Below are positions 13,700 to 31,916 of a stretch of 64,000 bases of DNA, piece by piece. The stretch is from Cycas panzhihuaensis. Its lineage: Eukaryota > Plantae > Cycadophyta. The notes under the pieces are model-generated. The model ran no database searches, was not told the DNA's origin, and saw only the letters and a program-made list of their open reading frames with translations. How positions within the stretch are numbered: position 1 is the first letter of the stretch; every line of letters starts with the position of its first letter. Position numbers and translations under genes: made by a program. The stretch spans positions 101,129,741 through 101,193,740 of the forward strand of contig CM041465.1 in NCBI GenBank assembly GCA_023213395.1, written 5' to 3'.

Positions 13700-16041
13700 T
13701 ATTCTGTAAATTTATTTTGGAATTCCATAGAATACACTTTTAGTTTTCCCTTAGCAATTGTTAAATTCATTAGTAGATTATAGATCTACTACAATAGCTT
13801 TGCACCTCTCTTTCCAAATAAAAAATAGAACTTCAATAAAAGAAATAATGCAAGTGTTTTTAATAAAGATGTTTTGAGAATCATAGCTAGCCAAAACATG
13901 TCTTTGTAATAATTTCATATTCAAAATTGATTTAAAAGTAGATGTAGCCCAAAACATTTTTAGCAAAAGGATATAACTAGAATAAATGAACATAAGATTC
14001 ACCAACACCACACACATCACATACACCAAAGTTAAGAACAAACTAATTTAGCCTCTACTTAGTTGAAATTATATTAATGCATATTTACCATAGAAAAAAA
14101 TTATTTTCAAGGAGCATTTTAGGCTTCCATTTCCAGTTAAACACCCTAGCCTATTACTTCTAAACTATTTTTGAATAATAAAAGATAAAGTTGGAAGAGG
14201 TTAATACATAATACAAATAATTAATATAAGGTTTAGATAAGGGCTTCTTAGAAAGATACACCCAATCTTAAAGCCACATATTAACTTTAGAGTAAATAAG
14301 CTCTTTTGGAAATCTCTTAGATAAAATCTCTATAAACTTATTAAGAACTCTTTTTTTTTTTCTAAGATAAACTTTAAACTCAACACAAAAGTTATCCCAA
14401 GATTTCCATGTAAAGTTAGAGCAATCTTAGAAGCCTAGTAAAGAGTGAATACCAAGTTTAGGCTATATAAGAGTAGGATACCATCTATGCTAAGCCAAGC
14501 ATAGCTTTATAGGGAGATGAAAATTAAACCATCAAATAGATCTAAGGCTTATTGAACCTTTAAGACTCCAACTATATTCCATTAGCTAAATAAAAAATTT
14601 AGATGACTTCTATACCTTTTAGTTGGCTTGAAAACCAACTCTGGTATCAATTAAAGTAAACCATAAACTAGAAATGGTAAGATTAGACTATGTTTTCCTT
14701 CCATTAGGAACACCATCCAAAATGTTTCTTATAATCAAAAGCTTATAAGGCTTACTCCCTTCCACAACCTTCAAAATCTACTTAACTATGAGAGATTACC
14801 TATACAACCTTATATTTTAAAAGCCTATGCCATTTTAATCCCTAGGATGGAAATAATACTTTTAAGTGACCCAATGGAATATACCACTAGTCTTACTATT
14901 AGATTAAAGAAAATCTTGAACCATTTTTTCTGGTTAGTTGAAGTAGACAATAATAAAGAATCAATAAAAGAAGTAATATATATGAAAGGTTAAAGGAATT
15001 TTTGAAGAAAATTCAAACCATCATACCATTGGAAAACATTAAGCCTTCTATTTAGACAATGTCTCAAAGATGTTCTCCATTACCTATAACCATATCCACT
15101 TAAGAGAAATATCTAATCCAAACAAAATTTTCAATAGATAATTAATCTAACCATGAGGGGCCCACTTCTAACCTAAATAAAAAATCTAAGGAGAAAGAAG
15201 TTCAATAAACTAGCCAAAATATTAAATTTGTGAAGGTCTAGCTTGGAGCTTGAAGAATCACATAAGTATTAAACCCTCAATAGAGCTTAATTTAGATTTT
15301 CTTGTTCATCTATAAGATATAACACAATATCATTAGGAAAATGGCAATTCAAAATTTCCTTGTCTAAATTAGGTAGCTTCGATCCCCTCACTGCTCTATT
15401 ATTTATTTTAACATATAACTAATGCCTTATGGCTTCACCAACAAAGATTAAAAGTAAGGGAATAGGACATAGCCCTATCTAATTAACTTGTGGAGATTAA
15501 ATAATTTAGACACCATCCCATTCATAATAAGTAAAGCATTTGCATTATAAACAAAGCATAAAAGGTTTAAAGCGAGATAAATGAAGGACTACTTACCCTT
15601 GTTATAAACATTCTCTAAGTCTAGAATTATTATGAGGATCTTCTAATTGCTCGTCCTACCTTAATGTAGCCTTTCCCAATCCATTAACAAACTTTCGAAT
15701 ATATATCTACCCTTTATAAAATAAGTATACTCGCAAGAAACTAAGGAAGTATATAATAAATTCTTCTAACCATTACCTTTACTAAAACCTCATAAGAAAC
15801 ACTAAGAAAATTGATTGCCCTCTACTTTGTAATAAGCTTCTACTCTCATACTTTAGGAATTTATTTGTTCACTAATTTATTAACATGTTCACTAAGCACA
15901 CTAGAATCCAAAGTTTCATATAATCGCCTTAGTATATCATGTTTAATTAAATCCTAATATTCCTTATAAAATTAAATGAGGAGGCCATATAGGCTTAGAT
16001 ATTCCCTATAATTCATGGATTTTAAAGCCTACTTTAGCTCT
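13700..16041 (-). pseudogene. Old LINE ORF2, RT and C-terminal part
   Basis: Minus translation gives ELK*ALKSM, FYKEY*DLI, *RAINFLSVSYEVLVKVM, LDLENVYNK, IR*GYVLFPYF and FFIWKERC, matching EL..AL.SM, WRPITLLN.SYK, LDFEKAYD, RQGCPLSP and IWKER. Confidence 0.85.
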
Positions 16042-19221
<3,180 letters not shown>

Positions 19222-19222
<1 letters not shown>

Positions 19223-20875
19223 CAATGTTTCAACACAAATAACATATCAACTACAAAACATTTAGCTCTAAAATACATTGACTAGCTTATAGATTCAATG
19301 AATGAGTTAGTATACATTATTTATAAGAAAGAATGGTCAACAAAATGGTACTTTCATGAATACTGTTTTGATCCAAAGAAGGATAGGAAACATGTAGTTT
19401 CAAGAAAATAAAAAAGTGTAAAAGAGAGAATTACAGACAACCACCATTATGAGTCTCACAAAATTAAGATGTGTTGTAATTAGTGGATACTAATAGAGTT
19501 AAGTTGATTCTACTAAGCTACAACAAATATTTCTTGAAAATAAAAAGAATTTGGCATTAGTTAGAATAAATGTAGTTCTTTGAATTATTAAAAGAGTGAA
19601 TGTTATAACAAAAGGCACATTCAAGCCTATTTAGTACTCTAAATAATGAATTGTGCAAAACTCCATTTGCCCCAAATTGATTATGGGGGTCTATTTTAAG
19701 AAATAATTTCATATATAGCAATCTCACAATAAAGAAAAGTACAAAGAAAATAGAATTGGAACTAAGACTAATGTTAAATAAACTAATCTATCAATCTACA
19801 AAGCCTAGTTTGAAAGAAATAAAGGAAATGATATGAAAAAATGGGAACCATGACTGATACAAGCTAAACCCATCAATCACCAATGGAACCCCTTCATCTT
19901 CAACCTCCTAATTTTTAAATCTTATGTGATTTTCTAACACACAAGTTATATTAAATAATCTTGGAATTAATTTTAGTTATATGAAGTCATTGAAATGAGA
20001 TCTATCCATCAATAATCTCTTCTTGTGATCTAGTTTTAACAAGTGGAAAGTTTGGGTATTACACCAATGATCTAAACCTTTAATGCTCTAAGTTGTTCAT
20101 TTCCTTTCTCTAAAATCTATTGTGAATATGGTAAAAAATAACTTATAGATTATAATTTACCTACTTTACTAGTCCATAAGGGTGTATTGATGGGTTTTGC
20201 ATTATTTTTCACTTTTTATTAGTGTTTTACTCTATATTCTACATATTTTCATAACTATAAGATTGAATCTCCTTGGTGTTTTGATTTACTTCTAAGACTG
20301 TGAAAATCCTACCCTTATATGTTCGATGGATTTCACATCTTTGGCAATGAATGCTTCCTTGTCTAGTTATTCATTCCTTTATAATTTTTCATTTTATAGT
20401 TTTGGGACTAAATGAGATTATACTATATTATTCATCCATCATGATCTTGAAGATAATTAGTTGCATCTTTCCTTCCTTTGTTGCATTTATAAAATTACGA
20501 AGAAAGGTACTCATAAATATTACATTATCACTTACTCATATTTTGAAGCTTCAGAGGTGAATAACTCTAATAATACTTTACTTTTTGTCCTTTATGACCT
20601 TGTAGTTGATCCATTCTCTAACTTCATTTCCTTCTACTACTTACAAGATTATAAGATTTTATCATTAGACATGATCAAACTCCATCTAATAACAAAGACT
20701 TCTAAGAGTTAGTAATATTTTATATAAAAAAATATCACCCTAATGCACCATCTTTGGACTACATATTTAGACTCATATCCCTTCTCAATACCTTCTCCTA
20801 ACTATGTACATTTACTATGATTACATACAAAGCTTTATTTACACCTTTTTTGTAAGGAGGAAAAATGGGATAACA
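19222..20875 (-). repeat. 3' LTR of J (terminus truncated)
   Basis: Collinear with 38910-40509 plus 44245-44283, e.g. ACTAGCTTATAGATT, GGAACCATGACT, CACCAATGATCTAAA, GAAGAAAGGTACTCA and CATGATCAAACTCC. Confidence 0.8.
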
Positions 20876-22605
20876 ATTGGCTACCATACTTTATTAACCC
20901 CCAATAGGTTGATAAAGAACTCTATAATCTTTTTTATTTTACTATGTACTACATGATAGAATTTAGAATTTTGGAAAGAAAGAGATTAAATTTCTATGTA
21001 TGAATAGAAAATAGCAATACTTTATCATTCAAATTATTTATTTTAAAAGCAATGCCTTTGGTCTCCTATACTATCTCCAATTGTAAGTTGCCTAAGGTAA
21101 AATGATGAGATAATATAGCTTCCTTTCTATGAACTAGTAAATAGGGATAACATTCATTTATGCATAGAAGTCCTTTGACCAAGATAGATGGTTTGGATTT
21201 TGATTTTAAAAAACACCTTTTATTTTCATCAAAAGGCTAAAGGTCGAAAGTGATTTTAACGTATAATTTTATATTCAAGAGGAAAGGATCAAATTGTTGA
21301 GACTTATTAACTCCTTCAAGTAAAGATAAATTAGTTACTTTCAAATTTTGTCCATCATGTTCCTATCCATCTTATATAAATTTAACTATTTGACATTATA
21401 AAATTAACCTATAAAATACTTATTCCTTCATTAACTTAACTGATTTGATCCTTAGATTAAATTCTTGAAACATCTATTTTGAAAATGGTTATTGAGCTAC
21501 TCTAGATTTTAATATATCATTAGAATTAAATAATAACTCCAAAATAATCATCTTATGGATTGGGTTTGTATTCTATTAGGCTAAGTCTTTATCTAAGAAA
21601 GTATCTTCAACTTCTTTTTCTTTAGTTATATGTATCTCCTCATTAGCAATTATAACATTTATAAAATATGCTTGTCTCTAAATGAAGGTTGAAATTTGCT
21701 CATCATTTTTATTGACCTACCAGTTATTTATATTGTTTGATATAGAAGCCTCAGTTATGATTTTAATAAATCTTTATTTATATATAGAGATATTAGTTAC
21801 ATTGAGAAAAGGAGTAGTCACTCTACATCAACACTCATCTTTAAAATTGAATCTTGCATGGTTAAATATGAGTATTCTCTTTCTTCTTTTTTAATTAGTA
21901 GATGATTAATTTAAGGCAAGGCTATATAAGTTCCCACATCATTTGGATCAACAATCAGATCTATCCACAAGCCCTCTTTCTCTTCTTAAGATGTGTTTAT
22001 AATTGTTAAATTAATAGTGAGAAGTTTTAACCTTTTATTCTCTTTAAAAAAATATTAATGTTAATGCATCTTTTATACCTCCTATATTATCTAGTAAACT
22101 CTCATTTTGTTTATCTTATTCATCACTAGTTAGAACATTAAATTCATTTTCAAAGAAAGCATTGATTATCTCTTCCATAGGTTTTTTCAATATAATGATG
22201 GTTTAAGCCTCTTTCTCTTGGGCTTATTTTGTCTAATACTACAACTTATCATTTAGTTTTTTTTATTAAGTCCTAATCATTTCATTTTATTATTTGTTGA
22301 GTTGGTGGAGAATTCTACCTTCTAGAATTAGCTTGAAGAAGAAAATGAGTTTGGCCCCATATTTCCATGACTATTTCAAGAGTAAGAGTAAGATATTTTG
22401 TTGTTTAAAGGTTGCTTGGTTCCTTAAGAATGATCATAAACCTGGTTTCAAGATCCAATCCATCTAGAGACCAATCTATTAAAATGCCTTATGTAGGTCT
22501 ATTTTTAGCATTGCATTGTTTGAGAGTTCTCCTAAACCTATCAACATGATTAATGGTCCTTGGAGTTGCCTTGCTCTATAGGGTATCAAACTTTGTCTCA
22601 CTAAC

Positions 22606-25600
22606 TGTGAGAGTTAGGGTCTAAGAAGCAGAAAAAAGAGAAGGAAGAGAGATACACCCCCCAAAGGGGTGCCCATATGTTGGAACGTAAGTTTAGGGAT
22701 CCACACCCAAGCTTAGACCTCTAACTTCCTAAACTTCAGTTGATCTAGAAGGGGAGGTGATATGTAATGGAGGTGAGAAGGTATTGGGCATCCTTGGGTT
22801 ACCAAGTAGTCATAGACAGGCTCTCCTTCCCTTATTTGGGGGGACAGGAATGGAAGCTTCTTAGAGAAGAAGGGGATTTGGTGTGTATGAGAGACAAACT
22901 TAAGGGAATATGGCTCTAGGGTTGTCTCTCTAGCCACGTAAAGGATTTACCTTTAGGGTTGATTTCAGTGTAAAGTTTTTATATTGTTTGATTATGTAAG
23001 GGGGGTTAGAGTTGTTTCTTATTCTAAAAATATAATAACTTATATAAAATAGGATAGAAGGGCTTGGGGACTGAAATCTTTACTTTAAGAATATATGCAA
23101 ACTATATACACCTACTTTTTAATATTACTCTTTTCCTTTTAATCTAATGAAATTAGTTTGATGAAGTAGAGGAAGGGAAAGAGAACAAATGATTAATGTA
23201 ACTCTACATTTCCAATAATTCCTTTTAAAATGAAAGAAAATGCATGCATGTATATATGCAAGATGTGGGTAAGTATGTGAAATGGAGAAAAAAGAAATGA
23301 TATTTCTAAATGGAAGCAACTTTCCCTAATCAGTTCTTTCCTTTACAAAGAGAAGATGCACCTATTTGTACCATATCCCTTCATGCATGCATGTATAAAA
23401 CATAGGAAGGGAGAAGGAGAAACTTTCTTTTAATGCAAGGGGGGGAAGAGGGGTCAACCTAGGTTCTTTTTTCTTACTTTCCACCTTATAAATACATATG
23501 TATGTATAGAGAAAAATGAGAAAACTTTTTTCTTCTTTTTCAAAAGGGCGAGAAAGGGGGGACCAAGGATGTATATATATATAGAGATTTCCTTTATCTT
23601 TCCTATAAGTGTAAATGTATAAAAAGAAAGCTTCTATCTATATGCATGTATGTGTATATTTCCTTTTCGGGAAAGGGGGATAAACTGATGAAGTAGAGAA
23701 GGTTTGGAAGAGGTACACCAAGAAGCATGATGGTTGGTGAGGTAGCACACTCCTTCTTCATGCATCTTCCTCATTGGTAACTTTGTATCCCAAATCGAAG
23801 CAAGTGTCACAAATAAAGATACAGAAAGGGGGCTTCCTTACCTTCCTTAAAATATTTCCAAAGCAAAAGAAACTAGAAATAGAATGATTCAAAAGAAATA
23901 AGAAAAGTAAATTGAAAGGGGTGAATAGTACATCTTCATTATGGCGTAACCTTACTCACCTAGGAAGAGGTCTTATCTTACATATGAGAAAACCCTCATA
24001 AGAAACAAATGCATGTATACATATATATAGTTATGTGTATGTGCTTCATTAAGGTGGGGATAAACGTTTACTTCATATGATAAGAGAAAAATAATGATAA
24101 TCAATATGTTACTTTCCTTACACATGTTAGTATTCTTATGCAACCATGAAGGAAAAAGGTGGGGTTAAGGGAAGGAAAAAAAATAGGTAGCCTCAATATG
24201 GCTAGTTCCTATAGATTGAAGCACCTCTTAGGTAGTTGGGTCCCATATGAGTAAAATAAGTGGTAACAAAAGGTTTAAGAGAAGCAATCATAAGGATTTG
24301 AAGAAGCTCATAAACATTACAAAAGTTGCAAAAGCTACAAAATCTATCAAAGTTACAAAAGCTATAAAAGCTATAAGATTGTATAAAGGGGTAAATAAGA
24401 TGATGAAAATGGTTAGCAAAGTAAAGTATGCATATAGTAAAAACAAGGCAAACATTTCAAGTATTACAATGTTATTAATATGCATAAAGCCACACCCTAT
24501 AGGATCTACTAGCATGTGTAGTAGGTATGGTACAAAAGACATTTGAAAGTGGGGGTTGCCCTAGGAGAAGCAACTTTAGGAGTCAAAACTCCAGTCATAT
24601 ATGCTTCCCTTACCTTTCCAAAAATAGCCCAAGACCCAGCCTACTATTGGATAGTAGAAATCTAGGGGTGGAGAAATGGTAGCAAGGTGAAATGAGAGGT
24701 TTTACCTCCCTTTCCAAGCAAAAATGGAGGAAAACATGTGACAAAATACATGCAATGGAATGAAATAAAAAATAAATCATATCCAAGGAAAAACCAATGG
24801 AAAGAAACCTATTTTCAACTGTAAAACTAACTTAGGTCTAAAGTTACCTCATAACTAAAAGGGATAGTAACTAAAAACTACTTCTCTTGGTGAAGTTGGC
24901 ACATTTGAAGAAGAGGAAAGCTTTGAATCAAAAAGAACTAATTGTTGCTATCTTATTAGGCTTGAAGAAGGAGTTCTCTTACTACAAAAATGTTTGATTG
25001 AGACCTATTAGCCAAAGGTTTTACCTCTACCAAGCTTAGAGCAAGAGGAGGAAGAATAAGATAGGAGAAGAGAGCCATTTTTTTTAATTGTAAGATGCCC
25101 AAATGAGTTCAAAAATTAGGTTTATATCCTGATTAGGGTTTTGGAGATATTGAGCCTTAGTTTAGGTAGGAAAGACTCATAAACCACGTGTCAAATTTGT
25201 AATAAATATGAATCTAACCATTTCCTCAGTATGAATATCAATCGACAGTCACATTGTGGTAAAGTTCATGGTACCGTGAATTTTAGTGTGGTGCAAAGAA
25301 ATATAAAAGAAAAATAAAAATAACCCAAAATAATATGAAAGGATAGGGAAGGAGGATATAAAAATAGAAATCAGAGGGCTAGAAGGGTTGTTAGGGCCTT
25401 TTAGGGGCTCTAAGTAGTGGATGGGCTCCCTGACATATGAAAAGATGAGGGTCAAACATCAACATTATTGTAAAAGGATATTGACAAGAAAGTAGGTTGA
25501 AAACCTAACCCAAGGGGTCATGCACTAGGCTAAAAATGAGGCAAGATGGGTTAAGGAGGCTCACACGTACTTATAGGCTCTAAGAAGGTGCTTCCAAAAA

Positions 25601-25975
25601 CTATTAGTGCCATAAGACCATGGTTTTGATCATCATAGGCCGAGACACAAGCATGAGCAAGAATTAGATAAGTAAACCAAGCAACAAAATAAGTCATGCA
25701 ATCCTAGCATGCTACTAAAACCATAAGTGCACCTCAATAAGTCATAAAAGTAGACAAGGTGAAGGGTAGAAATATATATCTGTGCTTACATGAGAGATGT
25801 TACTCCTGCCCATTCCTAGTGGCTAGGAAATAGTCCTTTCATTTACTCCTTTTCTCATGCTAAATAATTCTTTGGTTAAATCTTCCTAACCTTTAATAGA
25901 AGAGTTGGGCAATGAATAGAACCAAGTAGTATCTTTTTTATTAAAAAGTATATAAATAGTGTAATGGCCACATCA
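22606..25975. mobile_element. Large solo LTR D (Gypsy-type, probably Tat/Ogre-like) inserted in J gag
   Basis: TGTGAG...ACATCA termini and no recognisable protein domain. Homologous to solo LTR C near both ends (AAGAGAGA.ACACC; TATATA.CT.TGCTTAC.TGAG...CCATTCCTAG). The J gag frame resumes at 22605. Flanks CTAAC/AGTTA are not a TSD. Confidence 0.65.
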
Positions 25976-26299
25976 AGTTATATAATACTAAATGTTGAAG
26001 GATCATGGGGACATAGCTGAGAGATTATAAGGTTGTTATAATAAAAATATTAATAAAATTATAATATAAAGGTAATGTTCAAAAATACTTTTAGATCGGA
26101 GACCTATTATTTATAATCAAGATGTTGGGAGGTAACCCGCTATCAACTGATATTTAAAATTTAAAAAATAATAAAAAAAATACATACTTATTAGCTCAAA
26201 TGACTGAAGTCAGCTTTAGTGATCTCGTGGTATCATTAAGTGGTGTGCATAATTAATTAAAGTAAAATGGATATTAATCCCATCATTCTCCTCTATAAT

Positions 26300-29200
26300 G
26301 GTTATTTTATATAACCCCAAGATTATCTCTAAATTTTTTGAACTTAATTTTCCTAAGCGTCTTTATAAATATATATGTTGTCTAGTCTTTTGTGCTACAA
26401 TAAACCAATTCTATTTCTCCTTCTTGAACAAGTTCCTATATAAAGTGATGTTATGTCTCGATGTGTTTAGTCCTTCCATAGAAAACTGGATTGCATGTTA
26501 TCTGAATAGTACTCTGATTGTCACACCATATTTTAGTAGGACTATCTTGTTTTATTTAGAGATCATGAAGTAAACAATGTAGCTAAACTATTTTACAGCT
26601 ACCACTTCTGCCTTGTATTCTACTTTAGTTATGGACAAGGAAATGGTATTTTGCTTCTTGGTATTCCATACTATAGAGGCTAAACTTAAACTGAAAGTGT
26701 ATCCAGATGTAGATTTTTTATCATCAACATCACCTACCTAATCTGAATTTCTATACGTGATCAACCTAAAATTTGATGAAGGTTTATAATATAACTCATA
26801 GTTTGTAATACCTTTTAGATACCTTAGAATTTATTTAGTTGCTTTCTAATGTGTAGTTTTGGGACCTTATATAAACCTTAACATAACACTAATTGTATGC
26901 ATAATATTTGGTCATATTGAAGTCAAACAAATTAGGCTTTCAATCAATTGTCTATACAATGTAGGATCAACAGGGGTAGAATTATCAAGTATGGATAATT
27001 TAATTCCAACTTCTAATGCTATGGCTAAAGCTTTACAATCACTTATCTTAAACTTTTGGAGTAAGTCTAAGGTATATTTCCTTTGGGAGATAAAGATACC
27101 ATCATCATCTTGCCATACTTCCAATCCTAGGAAGATAAAGATACCATCATCATCTTGCCATAATTCCAATCATAGGAAGTAATATATTAGCCTCAAATAT
27201 ATCATTCCAAATTCCTTACATATATCATTCTTGAATTTTTATGATAGAAGGGAGTCATTTCTTATGTACACTAAATCATCAACATAGAGTCTTCCTCAAT
27301 TTTGATATATAAGTTTGGATTTGATTAGGTTCTCTCAAATCCTTAATCTCTAAAATGTTTATCTATCCTAGAGTACTATGCTTTAGGTGCTTATTTTAAT
27401 CTATAAAGTGTCTTTTTAAGTTTATACACTTTGTTCTCTCTCCCCCTAGCTTCAAAACCTTTTGGTTATTGAAAATATATTTCTTATTCAATATAGTCAT
27501 TAAGAAAAGTGCTTTTGATGTCTATTTGGTGAACATCCTAACCTTTTTGGGCAATAAGACTTAACACCATTTGAACAATCTCCATTCTAGCAATAAGGAC
27601 AAAGGTTTCATTATAGTCTATGCCTTCTTTCTATATATAGCCCTTACCAATAAGTCTTGTCTTATGTTTGTTAATATACCTATCAGATTTAAACTTGGTC
27701 TTATAGACCTATTTTGTCTTAATAGGTATCTTATTAGGAGGAAGATCAACAAGTTCCCATGTATCATTCTTCACTACAGAGTTATATTCATCTTCCATAA
27801 CATTTCTCCATTCATCTTGAGCATTTTCCTCTTTAAAAGTGTGAGGCTCATTGGCTTCCATCACTTGACTCATGAGGGAAAAGTTAAGTTGGCTTAAACA
27901 AGTGGATCTCTTTATAAAGTTATTATCTAGTATATTATATAAGTCATGGCCTCTTTTAACCTATTTAGGAAACCTTTAAGATTAAGTGGAGGTTCCCTTA
28001 TCACTTGACCTTAGGTCTAGTCTAAGTGGCATATATATGGATCTTGGAGATGAATCAAAGTTAATTCTAATATTTTTGCCTTTATCTTTCTCAATATTTG
28101 GTTAATAGTAGTTATCTTCCTTGAATACAACATCCCTGCTAATAATAACCTTCGTTTCCTTTGGATCATACACCTTATAGGATTTTGAGACATTATTATA
28201 TCTAATAAATATACACTTTGTGCTCTTATCATCAAGTTTAGTCCTTTTCTATTCTAAAATGTAAGCAAAAACTAGGCATCTAAATACTAATAAGTAGTGA
28301 ATGCTAGGTTTATGGCCTATCCATGCTTCTTCTAGTGTCATCCATATAAGGGATTTAGTGGTATACTTATTAGGAGACATACTATAGTATAGATACCTTC
28401 TACCCAAAATTCATGTCCTAATTTCTTATCCTTAAGCATGCACCTAGCCATTTTAACTATAGTGTGGTTCTTACATTCAACTACCCCATTCTGTTATGGA
28501 GTGTAAGGGTTCATATATTTCCTTCTAATGCCACAATAGGTACAATAAGTATTAAACTTATTGGAAATAAATTCGCCCTTATTATTTTACCTTAAGAAAA
28601 GTATTTTGTGGGTACTTTAATTCTTCATAAAGGTTTTGAAGTCTACAAAGCATTAAAATATATCTGATTTAAACTTTAAGAAGTAGACCCATGTCTTCCT
28701 TATATAGTCATTAATAAAAGTGTGGAAATATTTCACTCTTGTTAGAGATTAAACATCCATTGGACCCCAAAGATCTGTGTAAATTAGTTGAAGTTGCCCC
28801 TTAGCTCTATAACATCCATCTAAAAAACTTTCTCTATGTTGTTTGCCTAGGAGGCATCCTTTACGTATGTTCTTATCAACTTCAATTTAGGGTAGACCTT
28901 CAACCATATTCATTCTTTTTATGAGGGCTAGGCTTCCATAGTTTAAGTGGCCAAACCTTTTATACTATATATTATTATCTATCTTGGTTGATGTCTTTCA
29001 TGTATAATTATCTGAAGGAGGTATGACTAACTTGAAGAGTCTATTTCTAGTCATCTTACCTTTGGTAATAACTACTTTGTTTTTCCTTTTATCCTTAATG
29101 GTACACTCGATATTGTCAAACACAACCTTATAGTCTTATTCCATTATCTATCTCTTAGATAGAAGGTTCTTCTTAAGAGCTAGAACATGGAGGACATCAT

Positions 29201-30527
29201 CAAGGTATCTACTTTCTCTTGAATCTATTATGATAATAATTTTACTGCTTTCACTAAATTTATGATATGTATCATCACCAAACATGATTTTCTCTTTTTG
29301 GGTCTTGTTAATAGTTTGGAATATCTCTTCCTTATGTGTCATATGGGTGGAGCATCTAGAGTCTATGTACCAACAATCTTCTTCTTTATTGGCAATAGGG
29401 CTTAATAAAAATAGTCAATTATTTTCCCTATTTTCAATTACCATGTTGGTATTTCTTCTTGATAAATGGTTATCTTTGACAAAACATCTATCTTTTGTAT
29501 GGCCAACCATATGACAATATATGTATTGGATAGGATCTCTTCCTTTTGACTTAGGCATCTACTCCTAGGGGTTCCTCTATCTATAAAGGATGCCATTCCC
29601 CTTTCTAAATATGGGCTTTAATTGTTGCCTTATCTATTACTTGGATTATTTAGATTGGGCCTTTGTCTTAGCAATTATAATAATATTGGCTAACTTCTTG
29701 ATATCTTTCTTGGCTTTGGTATCTACTTTGATTTGGGTATATTTTATTGGATCCTTGATACCTTTGATGAGGAGCTTGGTATCTAGGATGTTGATCTTGG
29801 TATATATTTTATCTTGAATTCCTGTCTCTCCCTCTTGGGGATTGATCCCTTGTCCTTAAACTTTGAGCTTAGGTATTTGATTTAATTCTAGCCTTTGTTG
29901 AAAAGGTATATTTCAAGGATTCATTGGTACCCTTCTTTTACTCAACAACCATCAACACAACACTTAATTATTCTATCTTCATGGTGCTTAAGTCCTTAGA
30001 TACCTCTATGCTTGTGGCTACAATTTCAAACCTTTTAATTTCTCTAATACATCTAAGTATTCATTCCATGACCCTTTCTTTAGTAAGTGTTTCTCTAAGA
30101 GATCTGATTTGGTTCACTAGATGTTAAACCTTAGTTATAAACTCATTGTTGGTCTCCTTGAGTGATATCCTTAAGTTCTCAAATTTACTTCTTAAAGTTT
30201 AGAGTTTTGATGAGGCTACTTCTTCATAAATTAGCTGTAATGTATTTATAATTCTTTGGATTTTGATGTTTCACTAACTCTTAGGAAAATATAATCTTCT
30301 AAGGCACAAAAGATTAATGCTAGTGCTTCATTATTCTTCTTCACACATTCTTTATAGGATTATATTTCTGCTAGAGTGGTATTTTGACTAACTTTTATAT
30401 ATCCTATTTTCACAATATCCTACATGTCTTTAGCTCTAAGGATGGGTCTCATCCTCTTACTCTAGTTTAAGAAATTTGAATAGTCAAACTTAAGGGTAAT
30501 TATATTACTAAAGTTTATAGCTATTAT
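26300..30527 (-). pseudogene. Copia E gag-pol (gag, zinc knuckle, PR, IN, RT, RNase H) with many stops
   Basis: NFLN*SKRMRPILRAKDM*DIV (gag N-terminus), CWYIDSRCSTHMT (PR), LQLIYTDLWGPM (IN), LYVDDL near 27273-27290 (RT), VDPTLYRQLI. Confidence 0.92.
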
Positions 30528-31916
30528 GTTTAAAAAAATAAGTTTATTCAAATGTTCCCCAAGGATAATTTAAAAAAATATGTCTTATTTACTAAGAAGG
30601 TTACTAAGCTCTAAGTCTTTGGGTCTTTAAGGGAAGCTTATGATTCTAGTGGCACTTGGACACAAGTAGCAAATCAAGAACCCAATATACTAGTATGTAA
30701 GTGTTAGGATCTATATGCCTTAGTACGTAGGTTGTTAAGGTACAAGACCCCCCTGATCTATTGATCCACCTACGCCAAAATTATGCCTAATAATATATCT
30801 AGCGGTCAAAACTTTACAACCAAGGAACTCACCCCCCTGGTTCTAGCTTGGTATGTGAACTCTAAAAGGATAGGGTTTTCCACATCAGTCTACCACTAAA
30901 TGCACCTAATAGTTAATGGCTTCCTCAACAAATTATAGTCTACCAAAAACATATGCAGGGTGGTTATTGTAAGGGTCCTAAGTATTCCCCTTGCAAGGCT
31001 AGAAAAATGGTTGTTCATTTGGAAAATTATCTTAGTAATGTGAGAGTTTATTTTGAATATAGTCTTATTGACAAATAAAGATTCCTTTTACTAACAATTA
31101 TAAAATAACTTAAAAAAATAGTAAGAAATAAAATAAAATAAGTTTTGAATAAAATAAAATAAGCTTTAAATGAAATGAAATGAATATGAAATAAAATGAG
31201 CTTTAAACTAAAATAAAATGAGCTCTAAGTAAGCTTTAAATAAAATAAAATAAGCTTTAAATGAAGTGAAGTTGAACCGGATAGCTTAAAATAAAGTAAA
31301 TTAAAGGTTAGAGAGCTTTTTATTTGTAAAAAGTTGGCCAAACATTTGCATCCTTCTTCAAGGGGCTAATCTACATAAATTTAGCCAAAAATCATATATA
31401 AGCCTTAAATTTTAAAGTGAAAACTACCAAAATAGGTTAGTATATCAATATAATATAAATATACTTCAATAAATTTAATAAATTACTTTAAAAATGATGT
31501 GAAAATCTTAAATTAGGATCAAATAGGAAAGTTGACTTTAGTAACCTAAAAACCCTACAAACTAACTTCAAATTAGTATGAAAATAACTTTAGAATGTAT
31601 ATCTTTGAGTCAGCTTTCTAATTAATCTAATTGTTTGAGAACCAGGCTCTTGGTTACGGAGATATTAAGAAAACAATGAAGTCTATTCCTTATGGCTAAA
31701 AAGCTAGAAAGGGGGCCTTAAGCCCTTTGAAATTGGAGCCCCTAATCACCTAGTTATCACATAAGACCTACCATTAGTCTGTGAAGGGGGCTACTAGACT
31801 TTAAATATTATCAAATAGAATTTAAGCTTTCTAAATCTAAAAGAATAAAAAATGGCTTATAAAAATTAGAATCTTCCCCTTAAAAATAATGAAATGAGGT
31901 CATATAGGACTAAAAG

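Noticed and set aside
22551-22600. GGAGTTGCC as an Ogre-type tRNA-Arg PBS for D
   Set aside because: It lies inside the continuous J gag frame, which runs to 22605.
24247-24546. 99-aa Lys-rich ORF and its antisense ORF
   Set aside because: Produced by a 9-bp tandem repeat (AAAAGCTAT-like) inside solo LTR D.
25976-25992. PBS-like TAATACTAAA next to the 3' LTR of E, suggesting a tandem element
   Set aside because: Reads plausibly as continuing J gag, and CTAAA may be a decayed TSD.
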